Shown here: positions 12,298-25,874 of the stretch, piece after piece
How positions within the stretch are numbered: the stretch's first letter is position 1
How the letters are laid out: each line of letters begins with the position of its first letter
Source of the DNA: Octopus sinensis
Taxonomy: Eukaryota
Direction of reading: 5' to 3'
DNA length: 64,000 nt
NCBI RefSeq assembly: GCF_006345805.1
Contig: NC_042998.1
Location: forward strand, 164,672,001-164,736,000
Program-made: the position numbers and the translations under genes
The notes under the pieces: model-generated
The model's input: only the letters and a program-made list of their open reading frames with translations
Told to the model about the DNA's origin: nothing
Database searches by the model: none

Positions 12298-13239
12298 ATA
12301 GGAAACTAGTAACTCTTCACATTTCATTAAATCATTTTGTCCCTTCCTGAACGGTTCGATTTCCTTGGGTGGTATGCTACCAGCTTAAAATTACCATGCG
12401 TAATTTTATGGTCATTCTATAAGGATTTTTAACTTGCTATTAACACCCATCACTAATTTCGGAATTCCCCGTGTGCTTAGTTTGAATGATAATACCATTT
12501 TGAATTTCTATAACACGGACGTTGTTACCCAAGGATCGTTGATGGAAAAACAACTTGTTACTTTTCCCTTGAAGATTTGAATTCTTTTGCATCTTTCATA
12601 CGCTTCCTTGTATCAACAAATGATGATTTAGAATTAGTATCAGCATCATGCTAATTCTAAATCGTTTTTTAAAAGGATGCAAAAGCATGCATCGCTTAGG
12701 GTCATGTAAATGCGAAACTTTACTTTTAACATGAAAATCTTCTCAAACAATCTCGACTGAACTATTAAAATTTCTCATATCTTTGTAAGGCCCAGCTTTT
12801 GCTTAATAAGATAGAGTAATTTGATGTTAATTGATGTTAAATATAACATTAAAAGATGTCTAATCACTGAAATACCAGCGAAATTTTCAGCGCGACACAA
12901 ATATTGGTGTGTTGGATACGGAGATTGTTATTAAAGTATGTACTGTGTTGTTGGTCTAAATCTACTACTCTGGCATATGTATTCTTCAAAAACCTTGAAA
13001 TTTTAAAATTTTACATTACTTCATGCTAACTGTATGAGCTATAAGATATTAAAAGAAATAACAGCTTAATCTTACACAAATCAATACAATCGTATTAAAT
13101 GAAGAAGAATATATTGGACGATATTTTCTATGATACACAATAAATAAGGCGATGGCCACGGTTGGAATGCCTTTGATCATAGATCCGATCGATTAGGGTC
13201 GATTTTGGACTAAGCTACAACAATCACAGCAATAATGGT

Positions 13240-14310
13240 TTCTAATTAAGGCACAAGGCCAAACATTTTGTGAGGACTTCATTGATTTAGATGCTAACCC
13301 GCACCCGTCCCCATACTTAGCTTCCACATTATTTTGTCGACCTCGAAAGGCTGAAAGGCCAAGTTCAATCAGAAACGAACTGAACCCAGAACGCAAAGCC
13401 AGAAGAAATAACAATAATAGTGGTTTCAAGTTTTGACACAAGGTCAGTAATTTCAGGGAAGTGGGTAAATCGATTACATCGACCCCATTGTTCAACTGTT
13501 ATTTATGTTATCGATCACAAAAGGATGAAAGGAAAAGTCAACATCGGCGTAATTTGAATACAGAACGTACAGTCGAAAGAAACGACAATAATAATAATAT
13601 ATGATAATAATAATATTAATAATAATAATAATAATAAAATATAATAATAATAATAATAATAAGAAGAAGAAGAGAAGAAGAAGAAGAAGAAGAAGAAGAA
13701 GAAGAAGAAGAAGAGAAGAAGAAGAAGAATAAGAAAGAAGAAGAAGAAGAAGAAGAAGAAATAATAATCCTTTCTATTATAGGTACAAGGCCTGAAATTT
13801 TTTGTGGAACGTAAGTCGATTACATCGACTCTAATACTCGACTGGTACTTAATTTATCGACCCCAAAGGATGAAAGGTAAAGTCGACCTCGCTGTAATTT
13901 GAACACAGAACGTACAGTTGGAAGAAACGACAATAATAATAATAATCTTTTCTACTAAAGGCACAAGGCCTGAAATCTCAGGTAAGTGGGTAAGTCGATA
14001 ACATCGACCCCAGTGTTCAACTGGGATTTATTTTATCGCCCCCGAAAGGATGAAAGGCAAGTCAACCTCGGTGTAATTTGAACACAGAACGTTAAGTGGG
14101 AAGAAACGGCAATAATAATAAGAATAATAATAATAATCCTTTCTACTATAGGCACAAGGCCAGGAATTTGTGGGGAGTGGGAGAGTCGATTACATCGATT
14201 CCAGTACTTCACTGGTTCTTAATTTATCGACCCTGAAAGAATGAAAGGCAAAGTCGACCTCAGCAGAATTTGAACCCAAAACGTTAAGTAGGAAGACATG
14301 ACAATAATAA
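13240..14310 (-). repeat. Tandem array of about five head-truncated SINE-C units separated by (AAT)n/(AAG)n
   Basis: Units at ~13240-13410, 13425-13590, 13765-13930, 13945-14110 and 14135-14300; each has GGCACAAGGCC...GTCGATTACATCGAC...GAAAGGATGAAAGG...GAACxCAGAACGT. Confidence 0.85.
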
Positions 14311-14997
14311 TAATAATAATAATAATAACATGATTATGAAGTTTAAGTATTGTCACAAAGACTGCGGCACCGTATAACAATGCACGTAGAAGCAAAGAAA
14401 TATGACTTTGGTTAAGGCATTTCGGGATTGACAAAAACCAAAACCTCTTAAAGCTAACAAATAAATTTCTCAAAGAAGAATGATTAACTGTAAATTCAGA
14501 CCGATGTAAATAATGTATTTTTTCGTTTATTTCATTTTATTTTCCTTTTTATTTTGAATTTATTTAGTTTTCCATGAAGTTTCGGTCATTTTGTCTGCCG
14601 TTCTTGTAATCTTCTTGGTTCAACCTATATTTTTTTCGCATCTACTTTCACATTTGAGGATGATAAATTATTTCTTAGTTTATGTACGCATACATACATA
14701 CACTCGCACATACAAAAATATCTAAACATTAGTATGAATACAAAACATGAACGTTCATATATACTTACACACACACATATTTACAGTTGGATGTGTGTAT
14801 GCTCGCACACAAATTATAGATTTATATACAAATCTCTCTCTCTCTCTCCCTTTCTCTTTATATATATATGCATATTATATATACATACGCATTATGTGTG
14901 TATATATATATATATATACATACACACACACACACTCACACACGCACGCACGCACACACACACACACACACACCACAACACACACACACACACACGT

Positions 14998-15066
<69 letters not shown>

Positions 15067-16086
15067 ATATGCATATTTACATTCATATATGCATTTACAA
15101 TGAATACATCAATGAAATATGTATACAAAAATCTATACAAACAATATATGTATGTGTGTTTTCGTGTGTGGATGCGTACGTATATGTATATTTATACACA
15201 CACACACACCCATATGCATACACAAATACATCCACATATACTTTATTATTTTTGCTGTTGTTGTTAATGTTGTTTTCTTGTAATTATGTTTTAATCTTTA
15301 GCTATTTTTTAAATTTGCCACAAAATATATTTATTGTGCGGTTCTTCAATGCCATGCAGCGCAACCCAATTATGTGTAATTGCTTCTCTGAGAATAGCTG
15401 TGTATTTGACAGTGATGTGTGCGCATGCGTTTGCCGTATGTATATGATTGATGTTCACTTCGTACTTAGATACTGATACAGGGAGAACATCAGATCAATT
15501 TATCGATAGATGATATTTAGGTATATAGCGACGTATGTATGTATGTATGTATGTATGTATGTATGTATGTATGTATGTATGTATGTATGTATGTATGTAT
15601 GAATGTATGTATGTATGTATGTATGTATGTATGTATACGTATGCACTTGTACATCTATGCATCAATTTATCTACCTATCTATCAAGCTATCTATCTATTT
15701 ATCATATCTATCTATCGATGCATTTATCAATCTCTTTCTCTCTCCGTCTCTCTCTCTCTCCCTATACATATATAAACCAAGTTTGAAATATTGGTCATTA
15801 CATGTATGTTTCCTTTATTAGAGCAAATTTGGCTTACAGCTGTTTTCAGTTGTCGGTATAGGTACATTACTGATACGTACACTTAATTAGTCTATTTTAT
15901 CCCTCTGTGTAAAACCAGTTTGTCTGGAGCACATCCACGGTTTTACAATATGGAATTGTGATGAACCATAACCTTCAAACATGCCATAAGAATACCCGAG
16001 GTTCTTCACTAATCTAAATGATACTGTTAGTCTAGTGTGTCAACAGAGAGCTTATGAAGCATTTTGCCCAGATTGATAATTCCTCG

Positions 16087-16219
<133 letters not shown>

Positions 16220-16548
16220 CATCTATCTGACGTGTCTGAAAGGTCTAGAGACAAACACTTTCCTCTCTGGTCAATCACTCAAGTATCACTTGAAGAGGAA
16301 GGTGAGAGTAGAGAGGAAAGTTTTGTCTAGTGAATGCTTCAAAAATAGATGGGTGAATGTAGCAATGATAGTACGTATGAATGACAGGGCCAGCTCGAGC
16401 ATAACCCTATGAACCAAAAGAAAAAAAAAAGAAAAACGAAAGGAAAAAAGAGAGCCACTTACTGTAATGCGTTTTCTTTTTGCATGACACTATTGCCCAA
16501 GGTTCCCATGGTTTTTTTCCGTAGGCTTTTCTATCCACGGACAATACA

Positions 16549-16983
16549 TACGTGGTCTGATCAATTAGTATCATTTCATAGTTGCACGTACATCTGCGAT
16601 GTTTTTCTCAGTACTGCTGGTTGCGGGTCTCTCAGAACTTTCGTCAATATCGAAATTTTTCGGCCATATTGGAAACGACTGAACCACTCGTACACTTTTG
16701 TGCGGCTCATATACTCCTCTCCATACACTTTCTGCAACTTTGCGTAGGCCTCTGAGCAGGGATCGCCATGACAACTTTCTCTGTTATGGTCAATGCGACG
16801 ATCACGCGCAACACACCTTCCTTCCAAACAATGCTGTGAACAGCGGAAGTGAACTACAACAATAAAACTTAGTGCGCATGAACAGCAGAGTTCAATGTTA
16901 ATCTTTGTCAAGTGGCTTTACTCTGCGTGCTTTGGCTTCGTTACTATGGCAACAGTCCAGATACTTATTGATCAGACCTCTTA
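16549..16983 (-). mobile_element. Internally deleted mariner with both TIRs
   Basis: TIRs TACGTGGTCTGATCAATTAGTATC / GATACTTATTGATCAGACCTCTTA. Transposase HTH region EAYAKLQKVYGEEYMSRTKVYEWFSRF and DESSERPATS. Confidence 0.85.
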
Positions 16984-17203
16984 CATTTGAACGTCGTCTT
17001 CGACGGGAGAGTCCATGAGTTACAGTTGGAGATCATGGTGATTTTACAGGTCTATTTGTACTGGGGGTTGTTGAGAATGTAGTAGTGCCAGTGTTAAGAA
17101 TGGTAGAGATGCTTTATGGGGATTATTGTGGTGGTGCTGGTGGTGATGGAAGTAAGGTGATGCTGACATCGATGATAAAGCAGCAGCAGAAGTAGTTGTT
17201 GTT

Positions 17204-17244
<41 letters not shown>

Positions 17245-17442
17245 TTCGGTAGTGGTGGTATCGGGAAGTAGGTCTTTACTATATAATTGTGGTATTGCTA
17301 GGAGACTTATTGTTACTTAGAGTCGCTGTGGTTGCGCTTCACTTGAATATTGAAAGGTTTTTTTATTCATTTTTTATAAAACGTGTGAGAGAAATGAGCG
17401 AATGAACGAATGAATGAATGAACGGACGAGAACACAAAAGAA

Positions 17443-17489
<47 letters not shown>

Positions 17490-17732
17490 AATATTTTCAT
17501 GAATGAAAAAGCAGCTTAAGAAAAAAAATGCATATATAAAGAAGAAAATGTATCAATCATACAAGTTGCAACGAGTCATTGACGCTGTAAGGCTTGGCTA
17601 TGTGGTTTAAAAGTTCACTTCGCAACCAACAGGTTGTAGGTTTAACTCTGCTGCATGATACTTTGAGTACGGGGTACTCAAAGCTCTGTAACTAAACTGT
17701 ACGGAACCACGACAGATGGAATGTATTTATAT

Positions 17733-17984
17733 CACTGGTTCTCAATCGGGGTCCATATGGCCCTTATAAATCCATATAAAATTGTGTTGTTAAAAATTAT
17801 GTGCATTCAAATCGGTTATACATCTACAATAGACAATATTTTAACAACCATTTTTATACAATTCCAAATAATATTTAATTATAAAAGTATGATAAGATTT
17901 TTAAACATCAAATGGCTAAGCAGGTTCACATGAATAAACGGGAAACAAAGAGATCCATAACTAAAAAATGGCGGAGAACAACTG
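17733..17984. mobile_element. hAT-like MITE
   Basis: Ends CACTGGTTCTCAA... / ...GGAGAACAACTG (degenerate CAGTGGTTCTCAA-type TIR); flanks ATTTATAT / ATATATAT resemble an 8-bp TSD. Confidence 0.55.
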
Positions 17985-18000
17985 ATATATATATATTATC

Positions 18001-18231
18001 CTTTTACTCTTTTACTTGTTTCAGTCATTTGACTGTGGCCATGCTGGAGCACCGCCTTTAGTCGAGCAAATCGACCCCAGGACTTATTCTTTGTAAGCCT
18101 AGTACTTATTCTATCGGTCTCTTTTGCCGAACCGCTAAGTTACGGTGACGTAAACACACCAGCATTGGTTGTCAAGCGATGTTGGGGGGACAAATACAGA
18201 CACACAAACATATACACACAACATATACATA

Positions 18232-18304
<73 letters not shown>

Positions 18305-18465
18305 TATACGACGAGCTTCTTTCAGTTTCCGTCTACCAAATCCACTGACAAGGCTTTGGTCGGCCCGAGGCTATAGTAGAATACAATTTCCGAAGGTGCT
18401 ACGCAGTAGTGGGACTGAACCCGTGGTTGGCAAGCAAGTTTCTTACTATACAGACACGCCTGCGC
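18001..18465 (-). mobile_element. Bipartite SINE A-B, near full length
   Basis: 3' module 18001-18205, (CA)/(TA)n, head module 18308-18465. Confidence 0.9.
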
Positions 18466-18518
18466 CTATGTGTATGTGTTTGTGTGTGTTTATGTGTCTC
18501 TATAAATATGTGTGTGTA

Positions 18519-18549
<31 letters not shown>

Positions 18550-19033
18550 CTATATATGGTTCTTAAGTTGCAAACTTAATCCAGCACGTGGTTTCACGCC
18601 AATTACTTGGCTAGCCGTATAGTTCCATTAATGGATGATATTATTGTGAATATTTGGGTCAAGTCGATATGGTGCTCCGCCCATCAATTTCGGAGGGCCT
18701 GGAAAAATATATGTGAATTACCCTTACTTCCCTGAGCCAGAGGAAAAACAAAAAAAAGAAACAAAGTAGAAATGGAACTCGCTGTCTTTACCTGGTTTAT
18801 TAAACAGCGCTTACAAACGCTCAAAAACACGTGTATGTATTTATGTATGTAAGTATGTTTGTATGTATGTATGTATGTATGTATGTAGGTAGGTAGGTAG
18901 GTAGTAGTTAGGTAGGTAGGTAGGAGGTAGGTAGGTAGGTAGGTAGGTAGGTGTGGAAGGATGGATGGATGTATGCATGTATAAATGCACGCAAATATGT
19001 GAGTGTACGTATATATAGATATATGTGTGTGTT

Positions 19034-19067
<34 letters not shown>

Positions 19068-19068
19068 G

Positions 19069-19099
<31 letters not shown>

Positions 19100-19101
19100 C
19101 T

Positions 19102-19144
<43 letters not shown>

Positions 19145-19340
19145 TATATATACATATATAATGTAGAGAATTCACGAAAAAAACAAAAGACGAAGACAGA
19201 TGTGTAGATAGAAAACGAACAGATGTATAAGAAACAGTGTAACGCTCAGGAATTGAAAAAGTCTTTTACGTTTCGAGTCTACGCTCTTCCACAGAAAGGA
19301 ACACAGAAACAAGGAGAGAAAAAATGTCTGTAGTGGCTAT

Positions 19341-19484
<144 letters not shown>

Positions 19485-19543
19485 GAGCAAATTAGCTAGT
19501 TAAGAAGATGTCTATAAATAGTAATTATACTGAGAAGTTGACT

Positions 19544-19970
19544 GTTCCGTACGAACCGACATTACTGCTTTTTAACACAAGGAAGACACCACCTCCAGCT
19601 GGTTATTCCATGCAATCTGCACCCGATATATATTGCAAATATGGGAGTGAGCCCCTACCATCTTTCAGCCACAAGACCACCAGACCGTACGGTTTCGACC
19701 TCTTTGAGGTCATCCTCGGTGATGGATACTTGTCCACTAGAGATGGCAATAGTTCACTCCAGCACGCAATATATAGCAAACAAATGACATCCAACACCGA
19801 GGATAACCACAAAGAGGGCAAAATCGTATGGTCAGGTTGTTTTGTGGTGGAGATGGTAGGAGTTCACTCCCTTGCTTGCAATATATATTGGGTGCATATC
19901 TCATCGAATAAACAGATGGAGGAGGCCTCCTGCTGGGGTTAAAAAGCAATAATGTCGGTTCCTACGGAAC
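19544..19970. repeat. Fold-back element with ~200-bp imperfect inverted arms
   Basis: GTTCCGTACGAACCGACATTACTGCTTTTTAAC pairs with GTTAAAAAGCAATAATGTCGGTTCCTACGGAAC; complementarity continues inward to ~19740/19790. Confidence 0.8.
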
Positions 19971-21296
19971 TGGAATGTAGTTTGGTGTAAATAAATGCAG
20001 ACTACTAATTATGAAGAGAGGCCGGAAGAGAATCTTTGATGACGTAAAATTACCACAAAACAACATCATTAGATCGCTGTGGAATAATGAAGGATACAAA
20101 TACCTGGAAGTGCTGCAAAACGATAAAGTAATGGAATGAGAAATGAGAGAGAAAGTGACTAAAGAACACCAGAGGAGAATTAGGAAGGCGCTCGAAACAA
20201 AATTAAATGGAGGGAACATCGTAAGAGCCATAAATACATGAGCAATGCCATTACTGAGATACTCTGCTCTCTTTCTGAATTGAACAAAGGTCGAACTGCA
20301 GAACTTGGATAGGATTACAAAGCGCCTAACAATGCACAACGCACTCCATCCTGAAGGTTACACCGACCAACTCTATCTACAAAGAAGTGAAAATGGTGGA
20401 GGATTACTAAACGTGGGAAAACGTTGTGGGTACTGCGACACCAGATCTGAAAAATTCTGATGTGCAGAGTAAAGAGAGAATACTTTTGGCAACCAGAAAT
20501 ACCCAAAAAATTACTGAAACAATAGGAGAAAATGAAAAGAAAATGAAAAACAACAGAATAAACAAATGGAAAGAAATGGAAGTATATGGCCAATTCATGC
20601 AACAAACCAAGAATGCCGGAAGCAAAGATTGCTAGCTGTGATTGACGGATGAGAACTTGAAACGAGAAAGAGTAATTGAGTAGGTGATTTCGCATTTTGT
20701 TAGATATGTCTTCCCATATTTCGTTTCTTTGGTTTGAGGAAGCAGTAGTCCTTTATCAAATAAAGACCAGATTTGCCACCTGAAAAGTTCAGATCAGTTT
20801 TCTACTGCTCTGGAAGTGCGGTCGCGGGTGTATGGATCCTTTCGTGAGAGATAATGGTGGACAAGAGCTAAGACATTCTGAGCACCAACGAAGATTAACA
20901 GAACAGCCTATTTTGAAAAAAACTATTATTTAGAAAACGGTGGTCAGTTTTAGAAAAAACCGACCTAGCAGTGTTATCGTTCCTTGGTAGTTTAGGATAA
21001 CCCTGCAGGTACTGTAGTGCCGCGCGACAGAGAACAACATATATCTCCTCAACCGGCGCTCTTATGGGCAATACAGAATATTATAGCAGTAGCGTCGCCA
21101 ACGTCATCCTTCATCGTCATGGTTATCACTGTCTTATGTTTAACTTACTGCGCTTTTATAAGAGTGAAGAGGGAGGAAAGAAAGAACAAATTTAGATAAC
21201 TCGAAGAAAGAAAGACACTTGTCACAGAGAAAGAGAAAATGTAATATAACAAGGCGAACTGTTTAGAAATCAAATTGTAGAGGAAATAATAATTGC

Positions 21297-21334
<38 letters not shown>

Positions 21335-22545
21335 CAAAATGAAACAAGAAAGCGAAAGAAAAGAAAGCTGATGACATGCATAACCTTTAATTTTGTGCGA
21401 ATCTTTCTTATCAGTATTTACTGATTTCTGCACTGACCTTCGCCTGAGCCAGCTGTTTCAGTGAATGGAAGAGGTCAAGCCTAACAGTGGTTGTCTTGTA
21501 TTTTGTTATTGTTCAAGTTATATATGATATTTCTTGTTATCTATCTGACATCATTACTCTTTTTTAGATATCTAGGTTGACAGCTATCATTGTACCTATT
21601 TATATTGCATTGTAAAATGCGGGGCGTTAGAGCCGACATACGGACTAAGTGCATTTGCATTCTGAGTTCGAATCCTGCTGAATTTGCTTTGTCTTCTTTC
21701 TTCCAAGGTTATCAAATTGAAGTACCAGTTCAATCGCAACGACAACAATGACACAACAACAACAATAACAACAACCTGAAGGTTTCATACTGGCGGTACA
21801 AGAGCAAAGCTTGTTTACGAAAAACTACGAAGCTTACGTTTTTCAAAGCAGTTCTGACCCTAAATGCAGACTCTGCGATACATTTGACGAGACAATAGAC
21901 CATCTCGTTTCGGGATGTCCAATGCTGACATAAAACGAATATAAAATTTACATTGAAAAATATGTGAACACTACGAAATCGGCAGTCCTGCTTACTGATA
22001 TGAACATCATCCTGAGCCAGTCGTTGAAGGTAAAAGTGTCACTATCCTCAGTCAACACCGACAGAACATAATATTAAAGACGGGAAAAAAATACTTATAG
22101 ACTAATAGATGTAAGTGTTCCCACTGATAAAAATATATATGTAAAGGAATTTAACAAATTACGTAAATATAAGGACTTGGAAATTGAAATACAAAAGATG
22201 TGGCATCTTAAAGCATTTTCCTGTTATTGTGGGTGCTTTAGGTATGAAAAAAAAACGGATGTCAAAAACATCCAGACAACATCCTAGGAGAACCTTGTCT
22301 CAGAGAAATCCAAAAGATTGGGCTGACAAGTACTAACTACATCCTTAGAAAATCCCTATCAATTTAAATGTCTGTGTTATATTGCACGAAGGTATGTCGC
22401 TACTGCCCCTGCCACTTCTCTTTCCCAGGCTTTCAGTCCTACTGTAACATCTCTTACCCTTCACTCGCCCTTGGATGTTGGGTGTGTCTCGGCAAGGGAT
22501 TGTAACATACATGCAGATTAAAAGTAAATAACAATAAGAACATTA
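19971..22545 (+). mobile_element. R4/Dong-clade (RLE-type) non-LTR retrotransposon, 3' part, split by a 1.1-kb insert at 20670-21775
   Basis: FGVNKC...YKYLEVLQ...KLNGGNIVRAINT...LKRE|TEGFILAVQEQ; CCHC motif CRLC...HLVSGC (21865-21918); LIDVSVP...KYKDLEIEIQKMW...VIVGALG; stop at ~22345, 3' UTR, (TAA)-like tail. Confidence 0.88.
21600..21775 (+). mobile_element. Degenerate SINE-C-like copy with (CAA)n tail
   Basis: GAGTTCGAATCC B box, TCAAATTGAAGTACCAGT, tail of CAA repeats. Confidence 0.55.
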
Positions 22546-22714
22546 ATAATAATGAAGACGATTATGATGATGATGATGACCATTTCTTTAATGATTACAA
22601 AATGTTTACATCAAGAGAAACATTATGGATGGCACAGGACAAAACATTGAATGTTTGTGTGTGTATGTGCGTGCGCGTGTGTGCGTGCACATTTATGTGC
22701 GCGTGTCTGTATCT

Positions 22715-22910
22715 GTATTTGTCCTCCCCCACCATCGCTTGACAACCGATGCTGGTGTGTTTACGTCCCCGTAACTTAGTGATTCAGCGAAAGTGATAAT
22801 AGAATAAGTACTAGGCTTACACAGAATAGGTCCTGGGGTCAATTTCTTCCACTAAAACCTCCAGCATGGCCGCAGTTGAATGACTGAAAGGAGTAAAAGA
22901 ATAAAAGAAT
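22715..22910 (+). mobile_element. SINE B module
   Basis: GCTTGACAACCGATGCTGGTGTGTTTACGTCCCCGTAACTTAG...CCAGCATGGCCGCAG...GTAAAAGAATAAAAGA. Lies next to an inverted copy at 22944-23145. Confidence 0.88.
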
Positions 22911-22943
22911 ATAGTATGTCCATAATACTCTAAAGTAGATCAT

Positions 22944-23194
22944 TCTCTTTTACTCTTTTACATGTTTCAGTCATTTGACTGCGGCCATGCTGAAGCACCG
23001 CCTTTAGTCGAACAATTCGACCCTAGGACTTATTCGTTGTAAGTCTAGTACTTATTCTATCGGTCTCTTTTACCGAACCGCTAAGTTTCGGCGACATAAA
23101 CACACCAACACAGGTAGTCAGGCGATGGCGGGGGGACAAACACGAACACAAAGACACGCGCACACACACACACACACACATATATGTGTATGTT

Positions 23195-23280
<86 letters not shown>

Positions 23281-25250
23281 TATATATATACACGACGGGC
23301 TTCTTTCAGTATCCGTCTACCAAATCCACTTACAAGGTTTTGGTCGGCCTGAGGTTGTAGTAGAAAACATTTGCCCAAGGTGTCATGCGGTGGGACTGAA
23401 CACGGAACCATGTGGTTGGGAAGCAAGCTTCTTTATTTGAAGCGTTGACAGCCGGGAGTTCAGAAAGAGGAAGGTGAAGTGCCTTTTATCAAATGTTTGT
23501 CACATAGTGTCACAATTTATAACTCACCACATCCGCAGTTACCAGCGGAGGCCACCTTGGACAGCTTGAGCACGCCGAGAACACCCGTTCTCGGTCGCCC
23601 AAGCCGCCCAAGTATTCATCGACAGACCCCCACCCTGTCAGTGGCACAACTCCCACTGACAGAGCCTCGCACGACGGCGGCACACATTCCACCGGCGCTT
23701 CAATTGGCGGCACAGGGCCATCCGCCGACTGTCCCCTGCTCCCACTTTCCCTCTTTCTCTTTGAGGCTGCGGGGCAGGGGCCTGCGTCGGCGGGTGCGGG
23801 GGGGACACTATCTCCCCCCGCTTCCTGTGCCGCCTGAACATTATTTGGTGAGCAAGCATTGTTGCTCGTCTTTATTTTTCTCTTCGTGGAAGCAACTTCC
23901 TCCACGACTTCCACCGTCTCCCCCGCTACAGGGGGTGGGGGCACCTTAATTTCCTGTGCCGGGGCTGTTATGGCCTCAAAGGCAGTCCTTCCAGGCACGA
24001 GTGACACTTGGTGGAGGACATCCTCAAGTATCACCGGATACTTACAGCCAGCCATTTTTAGGAAGTCCGGGAATACCAGTTCTCCTGCGGCCGATGGGAT
24101 CCATAAATCAAAATTGCTTTCGACCCCTACCAGTCGACCGCTGGCATCATTCTCACATTTAAGAGCCTGGGCCCGCTATCCCCCAGGCCCTGCCGGATGG
24201 TATTACCAATCCATCCTGCTTCTGTGCCCGGGGGTAGCCCACATACCCAGGCTTTTATCACCCTCCTCCCACAATAAGTGGAGAGGAACAACATTTCTTG
24301 CCCCTCAAGGTGCTCGCTGGCAAATATGCCAGCTTCCTCGGGGGTACCAAAGAGCAACCAGACCGTTGCAAATTTGGTCCCCTGTAGAATAAATTTTATA
24401 GTTGGCAGGTAGTCTGCCAACTCTTTCTCTATCACAATCTTGTCGAAGCGGGCGATGGCACCACGCGACCTAGAATAGGTCCGTAGTACCACCGTCCTCT
24501 TCTGAAGACCTTTAATCCACCGTCTGGGTGAGACCACCTCCCACTCCAAAGCAGCAGCACCGTTTATTTTTGCCATGTGCTAAAAAAGGTCTTAAAAGTT
24601 CAAAGAAAGTTCAAAGGTCAAAGAAAATGTCAAAACAGAGGTACACAAAAAGTTAACAGGAACAGTAAAAAGAAATAAAACAAAGAAAGTCCAAAAAATA
24701 AATAAACAGTTCAAAAAGAAAGAAAAAAATCAAGAAAGATAGACGGAAAAAAGAAAAACAATTCACACAGCAAAAATCCAATTTCCTGGCCAACAGGTAC
24801 TCCCGGCCAAATGTATCTTCTTTTTCCGGTAATTGATAAAATAAATTCAATAAATCCAAACACAATACTGGCTACAGCCAACGGTAACTGCAACATCAAC
24901 TGTAACAGGTTCTATTCATTCGGGCGAGGATACGTCTCCTTTTTTTTTTTTTTTTTTTAAATGAATCCAAAAATTCATAGTAAGTTCATAATATACAAAA
25001 ACAGCAGCCGCCGGAAGCAGGCGAAATTGTCCCAGAGCTGGGCGAAATTTATAAACAAAAAATTATAATATAAGAAATTACGCCCGGCTCAGATAAAACA
25101 AAATCACCGACCTCGACGACCTTTTCTGTTTTTGTTCTTTTTTCTTGTAATTGGACGGAGCTAACAAGCCCACGTCCACTCTGGTTCAGCTGGAAGAAGT
25201 CGACTAACTGCGCATGTGCGGAAGCAATCTTCTTACCACACAACCACGCC
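22944..25250 (-). mobile_element. Bipartite SINE A-B whose head is split by a 1.79-kb insertion
   Basis: B module 22944-23145, microsatellite, A body 23293-23433, remaining head (GGTTGTGTGGTAAGAAG) at 25220-25250. Confidence 0.85.
23434..25219 (-). mobile_element. ORF1-only L1/Tx1-like non-LTR element with 15-bp TSD
   Basis: TSD GGAAGCAA(G/T)CTTCTT at 23419-23433 and 25220-25234 (14/15 identical); 3' end ...CTTCAAATAAA. Frameshifted gag-like ORF from ATG 24576 to stop 23510 (WVCGLPPG, KYPVILE, CHSC...KDC knuckle remnant, Pro/Ala-rich C-terminus). No RT or endonuclease seen. Confidence 0.75.
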
Positions 25251-25404
25251 TTATAAGAGTAAAATTTGATTTCAACCTTTAATTAAACACATCTCTAAAT
25301 CTAAACCGCATCATAAAATTTTCAACAAACATACGGTTAAACTGGCATAATCTACCGTACCTAATACTGCCTAGTATACAGCAAGTTTTAGTAATCATAT
25401 ATGT

Positions 25405-25600
25405 AGTGGAAGCACATGGCTTGGTGATTAGGGTATCGCACTCATAATCATAAGATTGTTCTATTTCTCGACAGGACGGTGTGTTATGTTCTTGAGCTGG
25501 CAAAAATGAGTAATCCTGCGACAGACCGGTGTTCTTTCTGGAGGTAGGTTAAGGATTACATACGTCATGAAATCCTGGAAACTGGCCGTATGAATCTATG
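25405..25600 (+). mobile_element. Degenerate tRNA-derived SINE (further family)
   Basis: TGGCTTGGTGATTAGGGT head, GTGTTATGTTCTTGAGC, CCTGCGACAGAC. Related degenerate copies at ~26400-26570(-), 41720-41930(-) and 48620-48880(+). Confidence 0.55.
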
Positions 25601-25874
25601 GCTTGGGAAATACCTTTAATTCTTTATATATATATATATACTTACACATACCACCCCTTCCTAACCCCCAACTATCTGACCAATTTGCTAATCGCCACGT
25701 GGTCTATTTCCTGTCCCCACGTGGTCAATTTATTGTTCACCATGCGGTATTTTTCCAACTAACTCTTATCCATCAAACCACTAAAATCAAACCACGACAC
25801 CGCGAGATCTTCCTCAACTGATCACAGCCCACCTTACGGTAATAACTATCAACTTCTGTCATTTAAATTCAAAA

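Noticed and set aside
14734-15821. YI/HT/CV/YLSI repeat ORFs here and throughout the window
   Set aside because: Translated (TA)n, (CA)n, (TATG)n and (TCTA)n tracts.
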